The notes below the pieces were generated by a model. That model was not told where the DNA came from, did not search any database, and saw only the letters and a program-made list of their open reading frames with translations. Of a DNA stretch of 64,000 nucleotides, positions 1-11,980 are shown in pieces. The stretch comes from Paraspadella gotoi (Eukaryota > Animalia > Chaetognatha), in contig CM119265.1 of the NCBI GenBank assembly GCA_051294375.1, positions 14,004,124 to 14,068,123 on the forward strand, given 5' to 3'. Each line of letters opens with the position of its first letter. The stretch's first letter is position 1. Position numbers and translations under genes: made by a program.

Positions 1-218
1 TTTTGGAAGTATCTGTATGCATTAAATAATATTATGCTGTTAAAAAAATAATCTTTTTATTCAGTCGTAAGGAGGTCATACTATATATTAAAACCTATTT
101 ACCGGCCAAAAAATAATTTTGACAATAAAATTAACCGACTTTTCCAAACCGCGAAAAAATTTCTTTCCATCATGGTATAATACTGTTTTTGAAAAACGCC
201 TTTCATTAATTCTAAAAC

Positions 219-3200
219 TTAAAAATCCAGATTGATCTCATAAAAGTTTCCACCATTCGCTTCTGTCACTATATCAGCACTATCATGAGTAAAATAAATG
301 ACGGGCACTTGGCCATCCAAACAGTAATACCGAATTTCATCGTTCAAATCTTCCTCCCTCATAACCTCCGGTTGAGATCGATCAAAAAACACAATAAGAG
401 GAACCAAGCCTAACATCCACGAGTTGATCAATGTTTGCTCGATGTCCACCTCAATTTCGGATGTAACCATGATCACGCCCCTTTCTATCGGAGACGTTAG
501 GAAAGTCGTCACCTGATCCTCACGCTGAACCCTGTCGGATTCCTCATGGGGAAAGACGAAGGTGAACCGAGAGTCGGGATTTGTTTGAGACGATCGCTCC
601 GCTTGGTAAAAACTATCTTCTTCGCCGGCATTAGATGCCTGAAAAGCCTCGCGCAACCGTATCACAGACTCCCTGTTTCGCGAGATAACGAGCACACGAT
701 GAAAGTTGAGCCGGTATATTAAGCGTCGCAGGCAGTTCGCTCTTTTCCCCCAGCTGGGTAGCGGCACAGTAAAGTTATGAAAAAGCCGCAAAGTTTTCCA
801 TGGCAAAGGATCGACGCTATAGGGCATTGGCGGAAGAAACGACACTTGTGGTCGAAACATGGTCAAAGCAATGAATTTCGCGACGTCGTCGTCCAGGTCG
901 AGACTGTCAGTGTCGGAGTTGTCAAGAGCCACCAATTGAGCATCGTGGTTGATCTCAGAGACGAACCGCAAAATCGTGGCGAGATTATTTTCAGCAGAAC
1001 CACCATTATTTTCGTCAGAGTAGTTTTCAGCGCAGAGACAACGGATTTCATCCAAAAGAAGGATTCTTATGGATGTAAGGAATCTCGACTCCAAGAAAGG
1101 TATTTCACTAGGCAAGGCAATTATGACCTGCGGCGACGCTTCCTTGTTACTTTTTGTTACGTGGGAGGCTGTGGAAGACGCTGAACGAAACTCCGAAGAA
1201 GTTGTAGAGACGGACATCGTGACGAACGTAGAGTTTGAAGACTCGGTTGCTAAGGAGGTCGCCGAAACATCGGCGGGAAGACGAGAGAAGTTCGTAGTCT
1301 TGGCCGGAGAGGCACCACCGGATGAGGCGGTTGAAGAGGAGCAAGATTCGGAGTTAGACTGGTAGAGAACGGGAGAAGAAACGACTTCGGAAGCAAAGGT
1401 GATCGATATGGGGCAAGATAACGCGTCAAGAACGCCACGATACTGCCTGGCGCGATCTTGGTTGGCTACTAAGACGACACCCTGCAGAGAAGGAAGGGAA
1501 CTTTCGATTGCATGAAGAAATGGTAACATCGGCAGAAAGGACGGAATTTCCGCGTCACTGCAGCAACCGATACCGACTAAATCTTCGCCTGCTAAAAAAT
1601 TAGTCAGGAAGCGTTTCTCGAAGGACGTGAAACCGGCGGGCCGTCTCCAGTGATAAGCAAAAGCGTCGCTCCAGTCAGCTTCAATCCCCAAGTCTTTCAG
1701 ATCCTGGTAGATCTGCTCGCTCTCCTCGCTTCTCATCACGAGCGGACGTGAGGAAGACTTTAACCTCTCTGCGAAGGAGTTGATTTTATCCTCAAACACC
1801 TTATCTAAGCAGTTTTGAGCGAGAATAGGCATAGTTGCCAACCAATGAGTTGCTAGTGACTTGTCAAAAACCTTCAGTTCAACCCAACTGTTAATGAATG
1901 CGGAAACATCTTTCACAATCCGAGAAGGATTCGAAGTATGTAGCTTAAACGTTTCCAAGATGGCGTCCATTGCAGCCTTTTGCGATTGAGTGGAAACGTT
2001 GTCGATGACGTCGGAGCTAAAATTTCCATTAAATTTTTCCTCGGGACACATAAGAAGTTCCCTGTAAATGGCAAACCAGGATGAAGAGAAAGAGTCTCTG
2101 ATAATGCATTTCCGCTGAAGCTCTTTTGGGTTGAAATCAATGTCTTTTGACTTGGATGCTAAAGAGACAATGGCTTTGGTTAAAAGCCGAATGGCAAGGA
2201 GTCGTGATTCGGAGCAACTTGCAGTCAACCCGGCCTCCTCACCAAATCCCTCGCCCAGCACCAGGTTTAATGATGGGATAAGCCATTCACTAAGTTTTTC
2301 GAAATCCTCGTTTTCTTTGTCCTTTACCAGCATCAACTTCACAAACAGGACTTGAAGAAATTTTTTGCGACAAGACTTTTGAACTTCCCATGAGTCCATA
2401 TTGTCGCAGCGGAAAATTGTCAGGTCGCTTGGAGGAGTTACCGTTAAAGAGTCTGCCAGGGCGCACGCTTCCTCGGCGCCAATAAACGCCGTCGTTATAT
2501 CCCTAAGACATGCCTGGCTGTAGGCCATTTTAGCCTTGGACAACGCCATCGGTCGATCAAAGTCAACGAATGGTTGTTGCAACTCGTCCAGAATTCCTGC
2601 GTAAATCTTCTGTTCCCGTAAATACAACTTAATGGCAACATTCTGGTCCTCTATTCTCTTGGGACCAGAGCTTTTTCTCGCGACAAGGTAATCCGCCAAG
2701 CGCCCCACGCAGCACGCCGTCAATGGATGGAACTCGCCTAAAACTTTCTCTGACTCTGAAACAACAGTTTCCAGTCGATTCAGTGCGTCGTCACCTGCCT
2801 CGGAGGTCCGAATGGTTGCAAGCCGTAAATTGGCCTCACGCCACAAAAAGAAAACCGAAGGATCTCGAGCGAGTTCTGACGAAGGCGCGGCGACTCGGAG
2901 CAATGTTTCAGACGCAACAAGAAGCTCCTGGTCGTCGATAGTGGTGTCTCCACTCAATTCTCGGTGGTCCAACAATCGCAAACAGTAAAGGATATGCACG
3001 GAGATCTCAAGGTCCGACGCTGACTCCTCGTAAAGCCGACGCGCCTCTTCAAAATGTTGCTGCGAGTGCGAGTGTCGCTTCGAATGCCACTCGTGCGAAG
3101 CCAGGTGAAGCAGGAGAGAGAGACGGACGTCGGCGGCGAGGTGATCATGGCGGCCCTGAACAGAGGATTTTTCGTTCGAGACGAAGGCGAGAAGATCCCG

Positions 3201-3567
3201 GATGAAACAAGCGTAGACGGGTTTAGGGACGAATGTCTGAAGCACGTGTAGTGTGCCAAGGAGCGGACGCGGAGATAAGCAAACTTGAACGAATTCTGAG
3301 AAAATAATCAAGAGTTTGAAAAAACTCGTACGTTCAATCGATATTAATTATAAACATACCATCGACATGGAGCGTACTAACGCTTTCGTCCAACGTTGGA
3401 ATGACGGTCAAGTTTTCGTTGATTACTTGGCGATTGTCAAATAGCAGAGATAGACCGTCAGAGCAACGGTCTGTTTCGAAATACAGTTTGACAATTCGTT
3501 GAAAAAGTAGTTTCAATACTTCTGTGTGACCTAGTTTGATATTGTCCGATTTAGGACTGTCAAACAT
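219..3567 (-). CDS. Uncharacterised ~1094-aa protein: helical/TPR-like N-terminal half fused to a degenerate DEAD-box (eIF4A-like) helicase; exons 3567-3360, 3295-219
   Basis: The 77-aa ORF joins the 1030-aa ORF in frame through a GT-AG intron (3359-3296). The C-terminal half aligns by eye with eIF4A (FLAGEDLVG, LQGVVLV, IRILLLDEI, RVLVISRNRESV, GVIMVTS). SEKVLGEFHPLTA resembles kinesin-light-chain-type TPRs. Confidence 0.7.
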
Positions 3568-3990
3568 TATTTGAGTTCACAGGTTAACTAGTACCTAAAA
3601 CCCATGGAAAGACTGTCATGTCGTATAGTAAAATATTTGGCTTAAATAAATAAGATAATAGATCTTCGCGCGATCAAGGCCACGCGTTGTTTTTGCAACA
3701 GCCAAAAAATTACCTTTTTTGTAACTTTTATCAAAAATAGGCACAGTGGAATAGAAATTTATGACAAAAAACCTACAAATTAACAGAAGTTTTTTTTTTC
3801 AGGACAAAAAAGTTACAACGATATTTATTAAGCGATTTATTCATATTTTACTCCATTGAAGGCGAAAATCTAGACTAGAGTAGATAAGAAAGATAGCACA
3901 CTGGTAAATAAGAAAAAAATAACCAAAAGAAAAAGGTGAAAAGAAAAGGTATATTAACATGTACAGGAGGGTAGTCCAGTGGAAAACCCA

Positions 3991-4789
3991 TTAACTTCTG
4001 AGTGCATCCAATCTTGCCGCCATTGCTCCTACGTCCTCCTCCTCATCCGGATCGGCCGTGGCGGGAAGGGATAACGCGGGAAGCGTGTCGCCCACAGCGT
4101 CGGGAGCTTCTCCCAACTGACCTGAATTCGACGAAGGTTTAGAAAAACCCGCTCATATTGCAAAAACAATTCTTCAACCTAATTTTAACCTTTGGTCAAT
4201 TCCCACAAAACTTTTTCGACCTCCGAATCAGCGGCTTCTTCGAGCTCTTCATCATCAAGGCCTTCCATGGTATCTTCAAGCATTTCTTCGATGATTCCGG
4301 CTTTCATCATCTTGCGAAAATATGAAAATTTAAGCGAATAAAGAATTAATGGATGATCAACGGATAAATGTAGAAATCAGGGCTGCGCACCTCCTTTGAC
4401 ATTTCCTGCATCGTTGCTTGTATTTCTGGAATTTTAATGAGTCTTTGCATGGACTGCATGACGGCGGTGCTCTTCTCCAATGCGCCGGTCACCTTGACAA
4501 CGGACAACTGGTTCTGCATCTGCATCTGAATGGAATTAATGTGCGCCTTGGAAGCGTACATCTTCTTCACGGCTTTTCGAGAATTGATGACTTCCTTGGC
4601 CAGCACTTTGCAAACGTCCTTGTCACCCTTTTTCGCTGCCTGACGAAGGGACAGAGCGACTTTGGCTTCTTCCCGTTGGATTTGGCGGACTTGCCGCTCG
4701 ATGTGATTCTGTTCTTTGCGAAGTTTGGAATTCCACTCGCGAACTTGTTCTTTTGGATCTCGGCCTGACGATTTGCCAAACAATCCCAT
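3991..4789 (-). CDS. CHMP3: ESCRT-III subunit CHMP3/VPS24, ~216 aa; exons 4789-4391, 4310-4190, 4121-3991
   Basis: MGLFGKS...KMYASKAHINS...KIPEIQATMQEMSKE|MMKAGIIEEM; two GT-AG introns keep the frame. Confidence 0.95.
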
Positions 4790-5631
4790 GTTGTCTAAGT
4801 TTTTCAAACACACCGTTTGTTTGACGTATCTAAACCATAAAAAACTTCAACCAAAACCTTGGTAGACATTAAATGATAGTTCTGAAAATAGTTGACTAGT
4901 AAGCAATTCATTCCCAAAAATTAAACTATAAATATGTTGCTCCAAGTAATAAATTATGTATCTTGAAATACAACGCTAAAAATATATGTACCTCTATGTC
5001 TACTGAGAAGTAACAAATCAATTTAACATGGATAAATAAACAAACGCATATACTGGGTGACCATCACATTTACCCACCGCGAAAAACGGCCTATATTATA
5101 TATTTATATTATGTAATATATGCTAAAAAATATTTTTATTTGAAGCAAACTCATAGAAAGAAATTATTAATTTATTTTCAATTTTTTTGTTATTAATGAA
5201 AAGTATATAAAAATGATTTAAATCCAAATCTAAAATCGATCTACCGTATTCTCCGTATGAGAAAAAAATATTTTTATCTTCAAGCCCTTAGCAGTACGAG
5301 TACGGGGATGGTTGCGGCGATTTCTCCTACCCTCCGTAATAGAATGGCCTAATTAAGCATATATTCTGCTTTTCATTGAGGAAACTACTTTTCTTTTGAC
5401 AAAAAAATGTATTGGATGGAATAAACGACTCTTTGCAATGGACGTAGAAACAATTAATTTTTTACTTTCATTCTTTGCGTCCGAAAAAATGCTTTCGTAC
5501 TATTAGACCAGCATTTTCGTAGAAAATGTACTCTGATTAAAATCTTTAGATTTTCCGAAAGGCTGTCGTTAGCAGCGGGCAAGGGACAACCCACTAGAGT
5601 GAGGACATATCCAAAAGTGTTTTTTCAAACG

Positions 5632-6053
5632 TTAATTGTTTTTCAATTGGCTACGGTAATTGTAAATTCTACCCAACTGGTAAAGTCCGGTCGCCGCTAC
5701 GAAAATGTTGACGGAAAACAAATTCCAATTTTTGGGGATGATGACCATGGAATATCGGGACCAGATAATTCCGGTAGCGGCGAGCGCTCCGCTGTCGAAA
5801 AAGTCAAATTAAGCGAGCGTCATCATAAAGTCAAATCTGGTAAGAAATGGGTAAACAACCTTTGTGTGAGACTAAGTTTGTCCGCAGGTCTAGCGATGTC
5901 AGCTACCCCGGCAATCACCAAGCACCATTTCATCATTGGCGCCCAGAAAAAGACTGTTTTTGGGCCAGCAGGATGCTCCCAGACTCCCCTCAATTGCATC
6001 GGGACGAATTTGTCCACGGCTCCCACGACGCCTCGATAGAGAGACGACGCCAT
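5632..6053 (-). CDS. MPC2: Mitochondrial pyruvate carrier 2, ~117 aa; exons 6053-5860, 5791-5632
   Basis: HPAGPKTVFFWAP.MKW.LV.AG and, after a 68-nt intron, ALAATGIIWSRYSMVIIPKNWNLFSVN. Confidence 0.95.
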
Positions 6054-6143
6054 ATTTCCTTATCAAACACAAGCTACACCGGAGTAAACAAAAGCAACAA
6101 TAAACCCCCAAATCATGGCCGTTTATTGTCAAAAACAAAATTG

Positions 6144-6410
6144 TCATTTTAAAGATGATTTATTTTTATGTTTTTCCCATTGTTCTTTTGTCCAAGTTTT
6201 CATGGTTAGTGCATGGATGCCACCCATTTCTTGTTCCAGCGTCGAATATACGAGGCGATGCCTGTCTTTTAAAGGGACTCCATCGAACTTGTCAGAGACG
6301 ACGATGACGTTCCACTTTGCGCCGCAACCATCAGACAAATCATCCAATTCAAGATGTAGAGGATCGAAAGAAGCCGTCAACTTGGCCTTTAAAGAATCGT
6401 ACAACTCCAT
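6144..6410 (-). CDS. BOLA2: BolA-like protein 2, 88 aa, single exon
   Basis: DLSDGCGAK...VSDKFDG.PL..RHRLVY..L...IHAL.MKT BolA signature; the GCG motif fits the BOLA2 type. Confidence 0.9.
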   Translation of the reverse strand: MELYDSLKAKLTASFDPLHLELDDLSDGCGAKWNVIVVSDKFDGVPLKDRHRLVYSTLEQEMGGIHALTMKTWTKEQWEKHKNKSSLK

Positions 6411-6642
6411 GGTATTTTGTAAAAATTAAATCTGTATAAAAAATTTCAAATAAAAAACTAAGTATAAATGATTTGTAAAAAATAAACTACAGAGAAACCG
6501 TGGAAAAACCGTAAAATTAATATAATAAAATTGTAACCATTTAATTAACGAAGTCACTTAACCAACGAAAATGAGACGGAAAGTAACAATCGCTTTATTA
6601 TCGTTTATTGTTCCTAATCTTTGCATATAAACAAAGTTTCAA

Positions 6643-7681
6643 TCATTCAATCGGTTTTACACTAGTTACTTTTAAATTCTTTTTTTCTCGCTCGATTTGA
6701 TTGGCCATTGCCTCCACGTCTTTGGCATAAGTTACTTTCCACAGGTTTTCACCTCCCTCCACCAAAAAAGGGCGAGCCCCACCGTATTTTCGCGCCACTT
6801 CCAGACATTCAGTTCCTAAGTCAAGATCTTCGACAGAACAGGCCTCATAGGCGTTGAGTATCATGGGAAAATAAAAGGCCTAAAATAAAAAATAGCACAT
6901 TTATACAAATGCAATAAACCTAATTTTTTATATTCAATGTTTAGTTTCAATTAATCAAGACCGCCACCTAGCACCTGCGGCATCTCCGAAGCGCAATGAT
7001 CCGCACGGACGAGAGTTTCGGCCAGGAAACCTTCTTTGTCGGGACGCACTACGGTGGAGACGAGGGGTCGAACTGTTCCTGCTGCGCCATAACATCCAGC
7101 GGCATTTACTACCCGTTCCAAAGTTGAATTATCAAGAAATGGGCGGACGGCGTCGTGAATAACAACGATGTCGTTGTATAAGCTTTGAAAGGTCGAAGTT
7201 GATGCTAAAGAGGCACTGCTGGGAGCGTCCGATTCCTCCGCACTTAACGATTCATTATCGATAGATTTTCGTAACGCAGCAATTCCATTACGAATGGAGC
7301 GATGGCGCGTCTCTGCACCGTCGACGAGAATAACTTTTCGATAAACGTACGAGTCAGAGTCAGAGTCAAAACTGTCATCAATTTTGGCATCGATGAATTC
7401 CCGAACTTCGACTCGATAAGATGGAGGAATCACGAGGGCAACGCTGAACGAGGGTTCAGTATATATAAATTTGGTAAATTTCAATTCTCAGTACTCAGAA
7501 AAAAAAATCCCAACCGTTGGATCCAAGAGTGTCGGACAAATGTTTCCAGAGCGTAAGAATAAATTGGCCGTCCATCCACTTCGATAAACTGTTTGGGTTT
7601 AGGGTTTTCTAGCCTAGAACCGCTTCCACCGGCCGGGAGCACGGCGGTGACTCTGAGGCAAGACGATCCAGCTGCAGGCAT
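6643..7681 (-). CDS. CRPPA: CDP-ribitol pyrophosphorylase (ISPD/CRPPA-like cytidylyltransferase), ~290 aa; exons 7681-7515, 7443-6975, 6879-6643
   Basis: AVLPAGGSGSR...PKQF, TRHRSIRNG, IHDAVRPF, GAAGTVRPLVSTV, ASEMPQAF, DLGTECL, NLWKVTY match the animal ISPD family; introns keep the frame. Confidence 0.9.
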
Positions 7682-7831
7682 TGTAAGTTCTATTTAGTAG
7701 TCAACAAGTTTCAGATCATCTTCACTGCGGAGTGTAACTCGAATACAAACCAGAGAAAGCTGAAAAAAATTTTAACAAATAGTGAAAAACAAATATAAAA
7801 AATCCATAACAAAAGAAAAGTAAGCATTTAA

Positions 7832-8753
7832 TTAAAACTTCGTGAGCAATTCACGACACTTTTCCTCCAGGTTGATATAAAATTTCATTTTTTCCAAAAT
7901 CTGTTTTGCATTGTCAATGTTACCACCGGAAAAGGCTCGGTTCAATTCCTTTTCCATGACGGCCACGATCTCGCCGAGTTCCTGGCACATTCGCTCCGTG
8001 TCTTCCGCACTGCTTAAACCCTCCACATTCTCATTAAGTTCCATCATTTCGAGAAGAAAACCTTGGCCCAAATCAGAGCGAGTACCTTCGCTGATGGGAG
8101 CGCCGCGCAGTTGCAGTAGGTAGGCCCCGCGTTTGTATGGATTCGTTAACTGGGCGGCGGCTTCGTTAATGACAGCGCTCTGGTCGGCGGCTCTCTTCAA
8201 TTCATCCGGGGACGAGAGCGCGAATTTATCCGGATGTAATTTTCTAAGAAGATGGCGCTTGTGAAGGGTTAAGGCTTTAACGTCTACATCGTAACTGTGA
8301 AGAATTTGTTGAGAGACAGATTAAACATCCATTTTTCACTTAACATCATATTGAAAATTACGTCGCGGGAGAGTTGACGACATCAAAGTAACTCCTGGAT
8401 CTGTCAGCCGGGAGAACCGAGTCACATTTCGGGCAAAAGAAGACATAACTCGAGGAAGAAGATTCCGCATTGCAATAAGCGCAGCGAACTGGCGCCAGGT
8501 ATGCGGCGGAAGTTGAAGCTCGGCAAAAAGGGGCAGAGGAAACACTCAATGAAGGAGACCGTGCGACGATTACGCCGCAAACACGGGAGTCTCTGTTAGA
8601 TTCGGTCATCCAAATTTCAGAAAAGACTAGTTGACATTGCGAAAAGTTTCTGGTAACTACGTTAGAGAAGTTCAAAAGCCCCCAGCTCGAGGCCCTAGAA
8701 TGGGGTGTGAGCAGGACCAATGAGAGCGGCCGAATCATGGCTGCAAATCTCAT
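7832..8753 (-). CDS. HSCB: Mitochondrial Fe-S co-chaperone HSCB/HSC20, ~284 aa; exons 8753-8362, 8294-7832
   Basis: CxxC...CxxC (CAYC, CPKC), J-domain LHPDKF, INEA..LTNPYKRGAYLL, FLLEMMELNE; N-terminus resembles a presequence. Confidence 0.93.
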
Positions 8754-8999
8754 AGTGTCTAGTCTGTAGAAAAAGAAATAACCAAATTTTAAAATAATTT
8801 CAATCATTTAACATAAATTTGAGAGCCAAAACTCGCTGCTTACCGCTCACTCACTCAGAGTTCAGAACAATTTTATAAAAAAAATAAAGATAAACCTTCT
8901 CTATAATAACGAAATACTTGGAAAAAAAAATTCAATAATGTGTAATAAACTGTTAAGAGTTTTTGAATAAAAAACTACTAACCAACAAACAGCGCAGGC

Positions 9000-11897
9000 T
9001 TAGTTCGATGTTTTGAAAAATTGTTCAAGAAACGCATTGTTCTTTGCTTTGACGTTTGCCCGCATCTCTTTTAACTTCGTAGTGACCTCCTCTTGGCTCA
9101 TCGTATCGAGGGGCAAAAGCTTCCATTCCTTCAAAATTTTCTCGATGATTTCCTCGCCCACCTTTTGATCTAATGCTATCTTTTTAGCGACGTGATCATT
9201 GTCGCTCATGGACGCCGCGCTCACCCCCTGAAAATCTTCTAACTCAGACGCCTTCCGTTTAGCGTCTTCAACAACATGATCTGGAAAATGGGCCAATCGT
9301 GCAACGTGGATGCCGAAACTCTGTTAAGAGGGTAGAAAAGCGTGAAATAAAAAAATATTAACAATAGTTGTCATGTAAAGAGACACTGCAAAAACTTTTT
9401 TTAGATTTTAAATTAAGTTACTAACTTGATCGCAAACTCCGGGTTTCACTGTGTACAACAAGGTAAAAGCGTCTTCGCCCTCGTTATCCTCGGCCTTTAC
9501 CAGTGCTGTCACGTGAAGATTGTTCACGCGTTTTTGTTCGTTCGCCAAAGCTGTCAACTCATGAAAATGGGTTGCGAAGAGGCAGAAACTGTTCAGCTTG
9601 TCCACAATGTGCTCAGATATAGACCAGGCCAAGCCGAACCCGTCGTAAGTCGACGTACCGCGTCCTAATTCATCTATAATGATCAGCGAGTCGGCAGTAG
9701 CGGAGGCCAAAATGGATGCAGACTCAAGCATCTCCGCCATGAAGGTAGAGACGCCTTTGAGTTGCGAGTCTCCGGCACCTACTCGAGTGAGGACGGCGTC
9801 GACAATCGACACCTCCACGTTCTCAGCGCAAGGGACGAAGCACCCCATCTGAGCCATGATGACCAGCATACCGACGGAACGAATATAAGTTGACTTCCCG
9901 CCCATATTGGGACCTGTAATGATGGAGAAAGACGCACCTTCGGCCTTGTCAAAGTCTACATCGTTAGCGATGAAAGCCACGTCGTCTTGAACCTCCAAGC
10001 ATGGATGACGGGCCTGCGGCAGACGAAGCCGTCCACTTCCTCGAGAGAGTATTTTTGGTCGAACATAAGGAACCGGGGCGTTGCTCGTTACTGTGGCGAA
10101 ACTAAGCAACACGTCCAGTTGAGCGACGAGGTCGTTCAGTTGTTGCATCGGTTGAGTGTATCCCGCGGCTAATTCGATTAATTGCGTCTTGATGCCTTCT
10201 TCCTCCTCAGCATAATCTTTTCGATAAGCAAGGTACTGTTCGTTCAGCTCAGCCATACGAGGGTTATTGAACTTGACTCCTGATTTGTTCGTTTCAACCG
10301 AAGTGTAGTTTCGGTTATTTCTTAGTTTTTTTTCTTCTTTTTGGGTTACTCTCAAAAAGTATCCCAACTGTGGGGTAGATTCTAACTTGATTGACTTTCC
10401 AGCCTCTAAATTTAAGTCCCTTGCAGCCTTGTCGAGCTGTTTCGAAATTTGGGACTCCAGGTCGTCCATTTTGTCTCGCAAGTTTTGAAGAGAGTCGGCA
10501 AAAGAGGGTGCGATATAAAGTTCGTGAGGTTTAGAATCGTCTATAGTGGATTCAACCATTTCAACGTATTTCTCAAATTGCGCCGACAACTGGCGCAACG
10601 GCGAGACAAAAACCTCATTAAAAAGAACGATGTGCTTTTCCGGACAGGATCCAAGAGCGTCAATAAAAGCCGGCAGACGTTTAACGGTAAGAAACACAGC
10701 GTAAATATCTTGAAGTGTGCCTTTACCGCGCAGAAGCTTTTTTGAAAGTCTTTGGAGGTCGGGGAAACGTTTGAGATGACCCTCCTGCACAGTCTGCCGC
10801 AGCATGCCGTCAACGAAGGCTTCCACGACATTCAATCTCTCCTCGATCTTATTGAGATCCATAAGAGGCTGTTTGATCCATTGGCCGAGCAATCGCTGTC
10901 CAGGACTCGTGCAGCATTTGTTTAGAAGCCCAAAAAGATTCGTGTTTTTGCAATTGCTCTCGCCAGGGCCAGGAAGCAGATTTAGGGCTTTGATAGCGGA
11001 CGCGCCGATTCGCATATAGTTCTTCAGGTCGAAGCTTTCAATGGAATAGGTATTAAAATGGTTTTCCGACGATACAATTTCGAGGTACTTTAAAAGCGCG
11101 GCAAGGCAACTCATAGCGTGAGTCAGTTCCCATTCTGGTAGAGTGGTCACATTAAGATCACGTCCCTTTTTCTTTTTGAGAATTCTTGTTAAATCTTGAT
11201 TCAGATCTTTTACATTAAACTCCGCTCTCTTTTTCTCCGAAATTAATAAATTCATTCTTTGAAGAACCTGTTTGAAGTTTTCCGAATCGGCTACATCTCC
11301 TCCAGAGGGGAGTATAGCCTCTTTGGGCGAAAGTTGCACTAACAATGTCTCAAGATTGGCAAACATCTCTGAGTCATTGAACTCAGAAACTTTGATGCAT
11401 CTGTGAGTGGTGTCGCAGAAAGCAACTCCAACGACCCTTCGTCCATCTTCATTGGCCACTTTAATGGCAACTGCTCCGGCTCCCGCTGTATCTGTCATCT
11501 CGTGATTAGCATACAGCACATCTTCAAACTGCGTCAAGTTTCCCGGGGAGCCGCGAAATTGAAGCTCCCACTCCTCCTTGGACTTACCGCTCTTGCAGCC
11601 ATAAACTTCAACACGATACTGTTTGACGATGAGTAGATCACGTATCAGATATTGAAAATTTTTGGGACTTAAAGCAACGGAAGGCGTATTTCTGGGGCCC
11701 AACTTCTTGATGACGCCCGCACTCTTGAAAATCTCCTTGGCAGCAAAGAAAGCGTCTTCGTCGTAGGCGGTAAAGTACTCCCCGCGATCAAAGACGCGAA
11801 AAGTCGTCGGACTCTTTTCAGGAAGTTTCTTTAAAAAATCGAAGAGGCCTCTTTGATCCGAAGCTTCGAGTTGAATGTTGGATTCTAACGACGCCAT
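9000..11897 (-). CDS. MSH2: DNA mismatch repair protein MSH2, ~930 aa; exons 11897-9426, 9320-9000
   Basis: TGPNMGGKSTYIR, VGAGDSQLKGVSTFMAEMLE, IIDELGRGTSTYDGFGLAW, CDQ|SFGIHVA. Confidence 0.98.
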
Positions 11898-11980
11898 TTT
11901 TTTCTTTTTGAAAAAAATAATCTATAAAAATCAACAACGGTAAAAAAAATATTCAATACTAAAAAAATTAAATTTTAAGT

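Noticed and set aside
5599-6039. Plus-strand 146-aa ORF and the other plus-strand ORFs in the track
   Set aside because: They are antisense shadows of minus-strand exons or AT-rich noise with no recognisable motifs; many use non-ATG starts.
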